64,000 nucleotides of DNA, from positions 41,157 to 105,156 of IMG/VR virus record IMGVR_UViG_3300017987_000005; one strand, written 5' to 3'. The number at the start of each line of letters is the position of its first letter. The stretch's first letter is position 1. Positions 35,324-44,266 of the stretch are shown here, piece after piece. Position numbers and translations under genes: made by a program. The stretch comes from a virus. The notes below the pieces were generated by a model, which ran no database searches, was not told the origin of the DNA, and worked only from the letters and a program-made list of their open reading frames with translations.

Positions 35324-36129
35324 TTATCCTTGAACTCTTTGTTGGAATAGATTACACCATCCGCATCCGCAACAAGCACTTTCACGCCGGCAGCTCCTTC
35401 AAGCTCCTTCACCAGACGCTTAATTTCTTCCCGCTTGTCACCGTGCACGTGTGACGCAATGAATGAAGTACAGATATAGTCAAGGTTGGCACCCGACTTT
35501 TCACTGGTAGAGATTTTCTCAGACAACTCGAGCGCCGTCTTGAGATTCTCGGCCTGCTCTTCAAACAGGTTAAACGTGATACGCACGACCTTCTCGATTT
35601 TTCTCCCGTCCTTGATTGCTTTCGACCGGAGTGTCAGCGCACGTTCCCGCACCGTCTCAACAGTAATGCCGGAGCTGTCCTCAATAAGGTCTACGATGTC
35701 GGAAGTTTCGATGGCCTCTTCCTGTGCGATACTCGCAATCTCTTTCAGCTTCGACCACCCTTTATTCCGGATTACTTCAAGCGGTATGCCCCGCTTATTC
35801 CGGAGTTGGTCCCATATTTTAATGAGATACATCGCCTTGCGGTACTGAAACTCCAGTTCCGGACTTTCAATATACTGCTGAAAACTGTCGTACTCTTTGC
35901 CGGTCTTGGGATTAATCCAATCCCGCCAGTACTCCTCCCCGTTAATAACGAAGAGCGCTTCAGCCAGCGCAATATTGGCCTTGTCGTGAAACGTGACCAG
36001 GTCCTTCGCGGCTTTCCGGAATGCCTCATCCCGTGTAAGACGCTTCCCATCCTCGCCAAGGAGGTACGGGGTAAAGTCACCGTTCTGAAGAATACTCATC
36101 GCCTTTGTACTGTCTTGTGTCTCAGACAT
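35320..36129 (-). CDS. hypothetical (putative DNA-binding) phage protein
   Basis: 269 aa; YDSFQQYIE...RKAMYLI...GWSKLKE. Confidence 0.7.
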   Translation of the reverse strand: MSETQDSTKAMSILQNGDFTPYLLGEDGKRLTRDEAFRKAAKDLVTFHDKANIALAEALFVINGEEYWRDWINPKTGKEYDSFQQYIESPELEFQYRKAMYLIKIWDQLRNKRGIPLEVIRNKGWSKLKEIASIAQEEAIETSDIVDLIEDSSGITVETVRERALTLRSKAIKDGRKIEKVVRITFNLFEEQAENLKTALELSEKISTSEKSGANLDYICTSFIASHVHGDKREEIKRLVKELEGAAGVKVLVADADGVIYSNKEFKDK

Positions 36130-36188
36130 CGCTCACCCTCCAAATAAAAGAATGTATGACAAATAAAAGTATCTGATTAAACACTTCT

Positions 36189-36216
36189 ATTATATCATAC
36201 ATTCTATATTAGTCAA
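36189..36216 (-). promoter_or_regulatory. sigma70-type promoter
   Basis: TTGACT-16-TG.TATAAT. Confidence 0.75.
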
Positions 36217-36235
36217 GAAGTTTTTGAAATTATTT

Positions 36236-36607
36236 TCAACCAGTAAAGCTCTTTCTCCATATCTCATAATGCGTACACAGCGAGCCGTAACTCACTTCGA
36301 GTTCCTTCGCCATGTCCGTCTTCGCCATATCAGCGTTGCGTCCAAAAAAGTCATTGCGGTCAACATACCCATGCGCTTTCAACTGCTTCATGAAATCCTT
36401 TCCACCCCCGGACGCCTTCATCTCGATTTTGAACGCCCGCAGCAATGAACGCACTGTTGCGGCTCCTACATCAAAGCGCTCACCTATCTGGCCCGTACGT
36501 AACCCCAATTCATGATACAAATACACAAGATACTCACGCACCGCATCATCATCATGCGGTTTCTTCTTACCCTTGAGTTCCTCCGAAATACGCTCCTTAA
36601 GCGTCAT
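36236..36607 (-). CDS. HTH DNA-binding protein (two HTH-like segments)
   Basis: LRTGQIGERFDVGAATVRSLL and KTDMAKELEVSYGSL. Confidence 0.7.
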   Translation of the reverse strand: MTLKERISEELKGKKKPHDDDAVREYLVYLYHELGLRTGQIGERFDVGAATVRSLLRAFKIEMKASGGGKDFMKQLKAHGYVDRNDFFGRNADMAKTDMAKELEVSYGSLCTHYEIWRKSFTG

Positions 36608-37148
36608 TTTCCATTCTCCTTAACATCTGAATAACGGGGGCATCCTTCGCCGCTACCGCAGCTCCTAAAGCATCTGCTACGTGCTCCCGTTGAGTCTTAT
36701 TCACACCATCCAGGATGTCCGGTATCATTTCCACTGCACGTGATTGCACTTCCTCCTTCGAGGCGGACTTCTTACCCGTCATGGCGACCTTAACGTCGGT
36801 GGGTGTCGCATACAAGAACGGCAGGTTCTCATACACCACATCCAACGCGGCGATTATCCCACTAGCCAATCCCATCGCTCGCATAGCTTTAGCACTCTTA
36901 GAGCCCATACTCGGCATCTCCAGCACGACCGCAGCGGGCTCATACTCGTCGATGACGCGGCGTACCGACCTCGTGATTTCACGACACCGCCTCACATTGT
37001 CATCAGCAGACCGAATACTCAGCTTCTTGGGCGACGGCTTGGTCGATATCACTTCTTTATACACAAGACCTAAATCACGCGCGCGAATACACAAGACGAC
37101 AATGCCCATACTCGCAAATCCAACATCTATGGCTACTATATTGTTCAT
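36597..37148 (-). CDS. ruvC: RuvC-like Holliday junction resolvase
   Basis: IDVG..SMG, VLEMP, TPTDVK..MTG..SASKEEV, HVADALG. Confidence 0.9.
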   Translation of the reverse strand: MNNIVAIDVGFASMGIVVLCIRARDLGLVYKEVISTKPSPKKLSIRSADDNVRRCREITRSVRRVIDEYEPAAVVLEMPSMGSKSAKAMRAMGLASGIIAALDVVYENLPFLYATPTDVKVAMTGKKSASKEEVQSRAVEMIPDILDGVNKTQREHVADALGAAVAAKDAPVIQMLRRMENDA

Positions 37149-38008
37149 TTCTTAAAGCTCCAGCACTCTTCTCTAAAGGGACATTCGCGGGCCCGCGTCG
37201 TCGATTTTCTGCTGCACTTACGCTGGCACATGATGACTGGGTCCGGTTCGCCGGCTGCTACACACTCTTCGATGGCGTCAATGGTCCTGAATGCATTCTC
37301 AACCAGGTCCTCACGTTTATCCTCAATGACGGCACGGTATCTGTAGTCATCCCGGCAAATAAATAGGTATACGCACTTATCCACACCCAGCAGCTCCATG
37401 TAAATACTCGCCTGGGTCCTCTCCCTGGCGTTGGGGGCATGAGTCTTCTCCCAGGTGTTCCTGGATTTACTCTTCATCTCAAGAATCATGTCATCCAGGG
37501 AAGGTATCCTGATGATTCCATCAGAATGACCCCGAATCTTGTGTTCGTGGCTGAGAACTTGTGGTTCCAGGTATTGCAATCGATTGCAACTGCACTCCGG
37601 GCACTTCCCAGGGAGGAACGTCTTCTCAAACTCTGCCCCGCATTTGGGGCATTCCCAACTTCCCCACAGGATTCCCGCAGGTCCCAGGACCCGGTCCTGG
37701 AAAAAGTTGTGGGCCTGGGTCCCCGCAGCAGCCATTAACGACAGCGGCAGGTTAGGCTCCTCAATAAGAACTGGCGGGCGGCGTATCCGCAACCAGAACT
37801 CCGCGACTGGGCACATGTCGTGGATACGACTGGGATGGTAATAATCGTCGAATATCCGTCTCTCCGGCTTCGACATCAGCTCAGTGACAGCCTTCTCGAC
37901 GGTTTCCTCCGGCGTCTCCTTCACCCACTCCGGCTCTTCGTAAACCTCCCCGGCGCGTTTTTTCTGGTTATGCGTTCTCAGGTCGCCGAAACTGAATCCA
38001 TCACTCAT
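37145..38008 (-). CDS. Cas4-like PD-(D/E)XK exonuclease with Zn-ribbon insert
   Basis: PS...MCP, GTQAH, GHSDG..ILEMK, QASIYM, C-terminal C...C..CPF...C; start ATG 38008 coupled to upstream stop. Confidence 0.85.
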   Translation of the reverse strand: MSDGFSFGDLRTHNQKKRAGEVYEEPEWVKETPEETVEKAVTELMSKPERRIFDDYYHPSRIHDMCPVAEFWLRIRRPPVLIEEPNLPLSLMAAAGTQAHNFFQDRVLGPAGILWGSWECPKCGAEFEKTFLPGKCPECSCNRLQYLEPQVLSHEHKIRGHSDGIIRIPSLDDMILEMKSKSRNTWEKTHAPNARERTQASIYMELLGVDKCVYLFICRDDYRYRAVIEDKREDLVENAFRTIDAIEECVAAGEPDPVIMCQRKCSRKSTTRARECPFREECWSFKK

Positions 38009-38282
38009 CAGATGCAGCCGGCTTGCTCGGTACGGCGGCAGCGGCATCTGAATCGATGAGCTTAACCGTCACCGTCGTCTTGGTCTGGAGGGTGAACTTC
38101 TTGCGCAGCGACAGGATTGCGAACTCACCTTCGAGTCCAGCTCCCTCTTTCTTCGCCTGGGCTCTCACCCACTTCTCACACTCATACGTGTTGGCGAAAC
38201 CGCCCTTCTTCAGGACGAGGTTATCCCCATCAATCTTATAAACCCCGTAATCACTCTTTCCGACTTTCTTAGCCATGCTCAT
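38001..38282 (-). CDS. small basic hypothetical protein
   Basis: SD AGGAGAG. Confidence 0.7.
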   Translation of the reverse strand: MSMAKKVGKSDYGVYKIDGDNLVLKKGGFANTYECEKWVRAQAKKEGAGLEGEFAILSLRKKFTLQTKTTVTVKLIDSDAAAAVPSKPAASDE

Positions 38283-38385
38283 TCTCTCCTCGAATCTAAT
38301 ACCTCACGCACATGCGCGAATACACATGGCGCATTTTAATAGCGCAGTGTGACGACCTCACACGCGCGCGCAAATACACATGAAC

Positions 38386-38760
38386 CTACTTACGGTCCAT
38401 GCAAAAAATAGCAATAGTCATCAGGATGACGATTAACCATCCCATATTCCCCATAGCACACCCCAGTGCTGCTGCGGAGATGTAAGCGAAGGTCCCAATA
38501 GTATTGATGAGCAGCAGACGCTTCTTGCGGCGCAGCTCTTCCTGCTTCAGGTCCATCTCATCTGACTCCTCATCAGGGTCCTCACGCAGCTCCCAGGGAA
38601 TCTCCTCAGCAACAACATTCCCATCCTCATCTGCACTTACGTGTATCCAGGGACGGTCCTGGTCATCCGGGTCCGTATGGGTTGATGCGACGGTCATCTC
38701 GCTGTAGGGCACTGGCTTCTTGAGGGATTCCTCATCCTGAATAAAATTGGTTGCAATCAT
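38386..38760 (-). CDS. membrane protein
   Basis: acidic N-terminus, two C-terminal TM segments. Confidence 0.7.
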   Translation of the reverse strand: MIATNFIQDEESLKKPVPYSEMTVASTHTDPDDQDRPWIHVSADEDGNVVAEEIPWELREDPDEESDEMDLKQEELRRKKRLLLINTIGTFAYISAAALGCAMGNMGWLIVILMTIAIFCMDRK

Positions 38761-39140
38761 TGTACTTTCTCCTTCCAAGCTTGGTACATCTCGCGAAACA
38801 GTTCGACAGGCACAGCAATCCAGTCAGAAGGAGCTGGGCTCTTTCCCTCCAGAAAACTGAAGGCGAGCGCTGCTTCCTTGTCCTGCTGCTTCGCTTCTTT
38901 ATAAATCTTCTCGAGTACTTTACGACGAACAGCAATCGATTGGGCTCTCGTCGCTTTTTCCTCTATCTTAAACATTCCGTCCAATTCCCGGTCCCCCTTA
39001 TATCCAGACAGCCGTCCAGATGCAGGCGTGGGCTCTCCTCCGAGACTGCGGTCGAGTCGGCGATTCTGCTGCTTCTCATGAGGAGGCTTTCCCCAACGGT
39101 CCACTTTCGCTTTCTCGGCAGGTCTGTCCCAGTCAGTCAT
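38757..39140 (-). CDS. Hjc-like PD-(D/E)XK nuclease/resolvase
   Basis: E.......LGG..TPASG....KGD......IEEK.T. Confidence 0.75.
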   Translation of the reverse strand: MTDWDRPAEKAKVDRWGKPPHEKQQNRRLDRSLGGEPTPASGRLSGYKGDRELDGMFKIEEKATRAQSIAVRRKVLEKIYKEAKQQDKEAALAFSFLEGKSPAPSDWIAVPVELFREMYQAWKEKVQ

Positions 39141-40291
39141 CAGGTAACATCTCCAAACATGAAATCAAGGTTGAATCGCTTCAGGCACTCGTACTCGTTA
39201 CGATTCTCGATGAAGAACTGCTGGACATCCTTGTTGTTAGTGATTCCTTTCGGCAGCTCAAACCCGGCTTTCGGATGAACGCAATAATCCTTTCCATCCT
39301 TGAATATGGTCTCGAGGTCCATAGAATCCCTGAACAGCATCGGGGTCTCATCGATGACTCCCTTCTGGAAGAAGGAGGTCCGCTTGGTCACTAAGTTGAA
39401 CTTGGCGATATCCCCGAAGGTGGAGGTCAGTTTAGTCTTCTTGACTTCACACTCAACTCCAGCCATTTTCCCGATATCAACAGCATCCTGCTTACATTTC
39501 TTAAAGCGCAACTCAAAACTGTTGGCATACTCCTTGGTTTTCCCTCCCGCCTTCTCCTCCGTCGGGTGGAATCCTCCAATCCCGATGTTGATGTGGCAAA
39601 CTATAAAGATAACGAGTCTACGCTTAGCTAACATCCCCATCTCATTCTGTGCCATCACAATCCGGCGGATGAATCTGTTGATTTTGCGGGCGCGCAGCGC
39701 CATAACGTCTTCTTCCATACTCTTCTCCAGGTCAGCTTTGGGCGTCAACATGGTGAGAGTATCGATTACAACAAAGCTGGCGTCTGCTTCGCGAACGACT
39801 CCATCAACGATATCAAGTCCGGCTTCAGCATTATCGGGCTGCGTAACCCACATCAAGTCGTTGTCAACTCCGCAGCACTCAGACCAATCCGCGTCGTACG
39901 CTCCCTCAACATCCAGCCAAATAGTCTCAAACGGCTTGGGTGTCTTGCATTCGCATGCGGGTTCCCCCGGATAAAAGATGCGGTCCGGCTTAACGCGAAG
40001 GCAGTGGCGGCAATAACGCTGAGCATTTGCAATCGAGTGCAATAATGTCGTAGTCTTCCCTCCAGACTCCTTCCCGTAAATCTGAACAATGCGTCCCAGG
40101 GGCCAACCCCCCTCCAGCAGCTTATCCACTCCGTATATCCCACTGGGAATACGTTCAATACGCACTGCTGGTGACTTCGATGCCTGCGCTATCGAGTCAT
40201 TCCCGTATTTCTTCTTGATATTGCTGACAATTTCCCCGATGCTGGCCTTTTTTACGGGTTTTGGGGACTCATCATCCTTCTTCTTGCCCAT
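39140..40291 (-). CDS. recA: RecA/UvsX recombinase with Cys-rich insert
   Basis: IPSGI..VD.LL.GGWPLGRIVQIYGKESGGKTT, LDVEG, VIDTL. Confidence 0.92.
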   Translation of the reverse strand: MGKKKDDESPKPVKKASIGEIVSNIKKKYGNDSIAQASKSPAVRIERIPSGIYGVDKLLEGGWPLGRIVQIYGKESGGKTTTLLHSIANAQRYCRHCLRVKPDRIFYPGEPACECKTPKPFETIWLDVEGAYDADWSECCGVDNDLMWVTQPDNAEAGLDIVDGVVREADASFVVIDTLTMLTPKADLEKSMEEDVMALRARKINRFIRRIVMAQNEMGMLAKRRLVIFIVCHINIGIGGFHPTEEKAGGKTKEYANSFELRFKKCKQDAVDIGKMAGVECEVKKTKLTSTFGDIAKFNLVTKRTSFFQKGVIDETPMLFRDSMDLETIFKDGKDYCVHPKAGFELPKGITNNKDVQQFFIENRNEYECLKRFNLDFMFGDVT

Positions 40292-40630
40292 TTACTTCTC
40301 CCCACGAAGGTTGTCATCAACTTCCTTCTTAATCTGGATGAGCTTCTGTCCAGCAAACTCGCGGGCTGAGGCGTACGCGTCCTCGAGTCCCTCCACAGGA
40401 GTGGGCAGTGTACAGGTAACTGATATCTTGGCGGACTCATAGTCCCCGAGGTTCAGGGTCAGTCCCAGGGTAACGCTTATGCGTGCGGGCTCAACCCCTT
40501 CAGGAAAACGCACTGGTTCCATCGTATCCTCATCGGAACTCAACGGTTCCCAGGGTTTTCTGACTCCCTTGCGGTACATGGTGTGACAGGAATAGCCTCC
40601 TGCCTCGGCTTTTTCGCCTTTCTTCGACAT
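40292..40630 (-). CDS. conserved phage hypothetical protein (TLNLGDYES motif)
   Basis: LTLNLGDYESAKISV. Confidence 0.7.
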   Translation of the reverse strand: MSKKGEKAEAGGYSCHTMYRKGVRKPWEPLSSDEDTMEPVRFPEGVEPARISVTLGLTLNLGDYESAKISVTCTLPTPVEGLEDAYASAREFAGQKLIQIKKEVDDNLRGEK

Positions 40631-40657
40631 CTCACTCTCTCCTTAATGTCTACAGGG

Positions 40658-41131
40658 TTAATCCGTCTCGATATTGCTCCCCTCATCGTCGATGAGTTCG
40701 CTGGCGACGAATTCTTCTTCAATCATCTTCCCGAACTGTTCCAGGCTTCCGCGAAGACGCTTCTTCAGCACACGACGCATCGCTTCGATATAATCCCAGG
40801 AATACCAATCCCTGTCGAGCGAATCTATCATCGTGGGCGCAGGAAGAATCCCTGCTTGCTTCCAATTCCATATGGTCATCCGGGATATCCCGAGGAAATC
40901 ACAAAAGGCTGCACTGTGAAAAACTTCCAATCCTTTATATAGGCGTGGTTTCCACAGTCCTTCCCCGTCGCGCTCATCCTCGAAATTCCGAATCTCCTGG
41001 AGACGCTCCTGGCGTCTTTCTTCTGATAACTTGCGGCTGTTCTCGCGGGCTTTTTCCGCGAACTCTTCGTCCGTACGATATTTCCGCCCCATACGTGACA
41101 GTTCTTTTAAGGGCTTTAGTTGTCTAGGCAT
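40658..41131 (-). CDS. MerR-like HTH protein
   Basis: FCDFLGISRMTIWNWKQAGILP...RDWYS. Confidence 0.75.
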   Translation of the reverse strand: MPRQLKPLKELSRMGRKYRTDEEFAEKARENSRKLSEERRQERLQEIRNFEDERDGEGLWKPRLYKGLEVFHSAAFCDFLGISRMTIWNWKQAGILPAPTMIDSLDRDWYSWDYIEAMRRVLKKRLRGSLEQFGKMIEEEFVASELIDDEGSNIETD

Positions 41132-41173
41132 TGCTCATTCTCCTCATGGATTACCGGACAAATCTATATGTTT

Positions 41174-41201
41174 AGTATAACGTAAAAATTTGATTTGTCA
41201 A
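41174..41201 (-). promoter_or_regulatory. sigma70-type promoter of recombination operon
   Basis: TTGACA-16-TATACT. Confidence 0.7.
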
Positions 41202-41250
41202 GGAAAAAATCGGAAAAAATTTCGTTTCGTTATATTATACGAAATGAATT

Positions 41251-41304
41251 AAAAAAGGGGATGGCGGGAGGAGAGAGTGAGCAAGAGCCTCCCGGCACAT
41301 CCCC
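41251..41304 (-). terminator. intrinsic terminator with anti-leader loop
   Basis: GGGGATG..GGGAGG/CCTCCC..CATCCCC plus U6. Confidence 0.7.
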
Positions 41305-41336
41305 ATGCGACCTACTTCATCGGAGGGTGAAGTGGT

Positions 41337-41528
41337 CTAACTTTTACGCTTGGTCTCCACATAAAGATACCCAAGCCCCAGGACGGTCACACATATCATC
41401 CCCGTGATAACCACACTGGGTACAGCAATGTTCTTGATAATCGTGTACAGACTGATTCCCCCAATCCCAAGCGTCATCAGCGAGCGCTTAGACGAAATCA
41501 TCTTAATTGCGTTCTTCAACTGTTCCAT
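41337..41528 (-). CDS. small two-TM protein (holin-like?)
   Basis: 63 aa, two TM segments, basic C-terminus, SD GAGGGAGG. Confidence 0.6.
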   Translation of the reverse strand: MEQLKNAIKMISSKRSLMTLGIGGISLYTIIKNIAVPSVVITGMICVTVLGLGYLYVETKRKS

Positions 41529-41529
41529 A

Positions 41530-43030
41530 TCAATACCTCCCTCAAAAAAAGGTTAAAAGAGCATTTGCAATCACTTGCAATCCTGCTCACTCGAACTCTA
41601 TCCAGAATTATAAACCTACCTGGTCCATCTTCCATTGTCTACTCCTACACGGTGGAAACCACCTGAATACCTGGGGCCGGCGTATCCGGGTGCCGGCTAA
41701 TTTGCAATTGATTGCAATCTGCCGGTGCCCGACCAATATCAAACCATACGCGCCTCATGCTGCCTGCCCCATTGCAATCATTTTCAAACGGCCTGGAAGA
41801 CCTGAAGATGAAATGACCGCCGGCTTAAATAACCCGCCTGAATCTAATTCCACTTTTCCGGGCCCGACCACCGGGATAAATTGGTTGATTTTCAAATAAT
41901 TAAATACCACACGCAAAGCCGAATACACACGGGCCCTACGTAATCCGCGTAACCGAATACACATGGGCCTTAGAACCGACTCTAAAAGCCGAATACACAT
42001 GGCGAAAATACACATGAACCATTTAATTTCTTTTTCACCCCGAATTACCGACTGATAAATTAGCGGAATTTCACTTAATTTATTGCTGGCGCATACGAAT
42101 TGCTGGTCACGGTATCCCGATTTGCCGGTCCTTATAACGCCAATGTTAAATACACATGGGCTTATTAATGTTTTCAATTCGAAATGATAATATAATTCTC
42201 TAAGACCGCCAATACCCCCATTTATAATATGTGACATTTTTGTCACCATTCGCCTGCACGTAAACCGGTTGATAACATTTTTTACGAACTGATAAATGCC
42301 ATAAATCGCATTTATATGCCTGTAGCGCACACAAATTGCTAGAACATAGAGGGTATATAGTACCGTTTTATGGGCATAATACCGCATATAGGGGCGTATT
42401 TGAGCGGTTCGGTGTAAAGCGGTGTGTAAAGTATGGTATACTGTGGTCGTGTGGGGGGACGGTATGGTAAGCGGGACTGGGGTAGTATGTTTATTATTTA
42501 TAGGGGTTGTTCTTGTTTCCCGACTTTCAGGAGCGTGGACGTGAGTGCTTAGAAGGGCTGTGGGCATTGCAATCGATTGCAACGGGTTCATTACGCTCCT
42601 CTCTGTAAAGTTACCGGCTATCTGATGCGGATATTGAAATAAATACTGTAGTAGTACGTTATCCCTCTATGGTATGTGTATGTATAGTTGAGGTAATAGA
42701 TTCCCGGTAAAGCGGTTCCTATCCACTCCTCATCGTGTGCAAAATCGTGGTGTCCGTTGGTATCTTCCTGGGGTGGTCTCGGTATAAGATTGTCCCGACT
42801 CCGTGGACGCTTATCCCGGTCATTATCCCGCATCTATACTCTCCAGACGATTGCAATCACGTGCAAACAAAATCCAATATTGTGACATCGCTGTGATATG
42901 TCACAACGCTTAAAACCCCGCTTTTCTAATATAGAACGTTACGTATTGAGAAATACTGTGATTCCGCTGTGACAAAGCGAAATGTCACAAAACCTCACAG
43001 TGACATAAACATTTGACAATAATTTCAAAT
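41530..43030. repeat. repeat-rich non-coding region
   Basis: 5 TTGCAA-N4 palindromes, 5 AATACACA cores, 3 GTGACA/TGTCAC inverted repeats. Confidence 0.65.
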
Positions 43031-43269
43031 TATGAATCCGGGTTCCCAACGGTAATATGCAGCTCCCCTGCGTACGTATTAACGTTGTTTTCTGATGCAT
43101 CTGCAATAGGCTCATAACCCATACACTTCTTCAGCCAAATCTCCTCGCTGTCCCGAAAATATTTATAGAATACATCACGCATCTTCGGGCAGTTCATAGC
43201 CAGTCTCGTGTCACCGAATACACATGACTCGCATGCTCCCGAGATAACTGTTCCCCACTCTACGTTCAC
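43030..43269 (-). CDS. small Cys-containing hypothetical protein
   Basis: CESC...CPK...CMGY; overlaps upstream stop. Confidence 0.6.
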   Translation of the reverse strand: MNVEWGTVISGACESCVFGDTRLAMNCPKMRDVFYKYFRDSEEIWLKKCMGYEPIADASENNVNTYAGELHITVGNPDS

Positions 43270-44150
43270 GGTGTAATCTTCTCCACACGATGTTTATCTT
43301 TGATAGCACTCACAAGTTTATGTACTTCCTCGTTTCCAGATTCAGCTAACTCTCTGTGCAGAATGTCCATTGCTTTTTCTAAAGCAGCCTTTTCCTCAGC
43401 GGTAGCTCCGTTCTCTTTTTCATTATGTATCTTCACGCGAGCAGATTGCAGTCCTTTAACTATTTGGGTAAGTCCTTTAGCGGCAGACTTTCCCCCAAAA
43501 GCAGCAACCTTAAACGGTAATCCAGCAGCCCACCGCGTAAATACTTGATATGCGTACCAAACTACGCCAACTATAAATAAAAATACGAGTAATCCCCCGA
43601 GAAGACGCACCCACCAAGAAAACCGAGCACTCCATTTCCCATCGTTAGCAGCAAGCTCGTCTTCTTTGCTCTTTACTGCTTTTTCCTTCTCCGCTAATTT
43701 AACCGTGAAGTCCTGTACGTCTTTTTCAAGCTCGAGTGCTCTATTTCTTTCATTCTTCAGAGCTTCCTCCATCTCCTTCTGTTTTTCTTCGGCCTGCTTG
43801 AAAAATTCTTCGGGGTTATCCCAATCAATCTTGTCCCAGGCGACTCCAAGGAAACCCATTATGTTATATGAAAAATCTACTAGAATATCGAGACGGGGTT
43901 GGAATTTCTTTATGCGTTCGATGAATTTAGTCGGCTCTATATCATCCACCAGCTCCACGATGGTGTTCAACTCCATCAAACCCTTATTAATTTCAGTTCC
44001 CCCTACAGCTACAGCTCCCACATCGTCAATACTTATTTGTCCCTTTTGCGGAAGGTCGGGAAGCTGGCGTTTATAGTGAGACTGCGTGACGGTAACGAGA
44101 CTACAAGATGATAGAAACACGCACAGTAAAACTAATACTATATTCCGCAT
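43266..44150 (-). CDS. lipoprotein with coiled coil and internal TM segment (u-spanin-like topology)
   Basis: lipobox LSS-C at 16, coiled coil, TM WWVRLLGGLLVFLFIVGVVWYAY. Confidence 0.6.
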   Translation of the reverse strand: MRNIVLVLLCVFLSSCSLVTVTQSHYKRQLPDLPQKGQISIDDVGAVAVGGTEINKGLMELNTIVELVDDIEPTKFIERIKKFQPRLDILVDFSYNIMGFLGVAWDKIDWDNPEEFFKQAEEKQKEMEEALKNERNRALELEKDVQDFTVKLAEKEKAVKSKEDELAANDGKWSARFSWWVRLLGGLLVFLFIVGVVWYAYQVFTRWAAGLPFKVAAFGGKSAAKGLTQIVKGLQSARVKIHNEKENGATAEEKAALEKAMDILHRELAESGNEEVHKLVSAIKDKHRVEKITP

Positions 44151-44266
44151 AATAATTACTCCTTAAACAACAAAAATTTGTCCTTTTTGCGTTTCAGAAA
44201 AAATCCTGGCGTTCCGTACATCCAGTCCCCAAACTCTAAAGCATCGTCTCTTCTTGAAACACATAT

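Noticed and set aside
8546-36216. TTTATATG upstream of -10 read as an archaeal TATA box (archaeal virus)
   Set aside because: It consistently co-occurs with properly spaced TTGAC/TATAAT hexamers; bacterial RecA, RuvC and lipoprotein signals also indicate a bacterial host.
41755-42591. 278-aa minus-strand ORF in the non-coding hub (also 7589..7878)
   Set aside because: Translation is dominated by MCI[RF] repeats that simply reflect the AATACACA DNA motif; no clear RBS; atypical composition.
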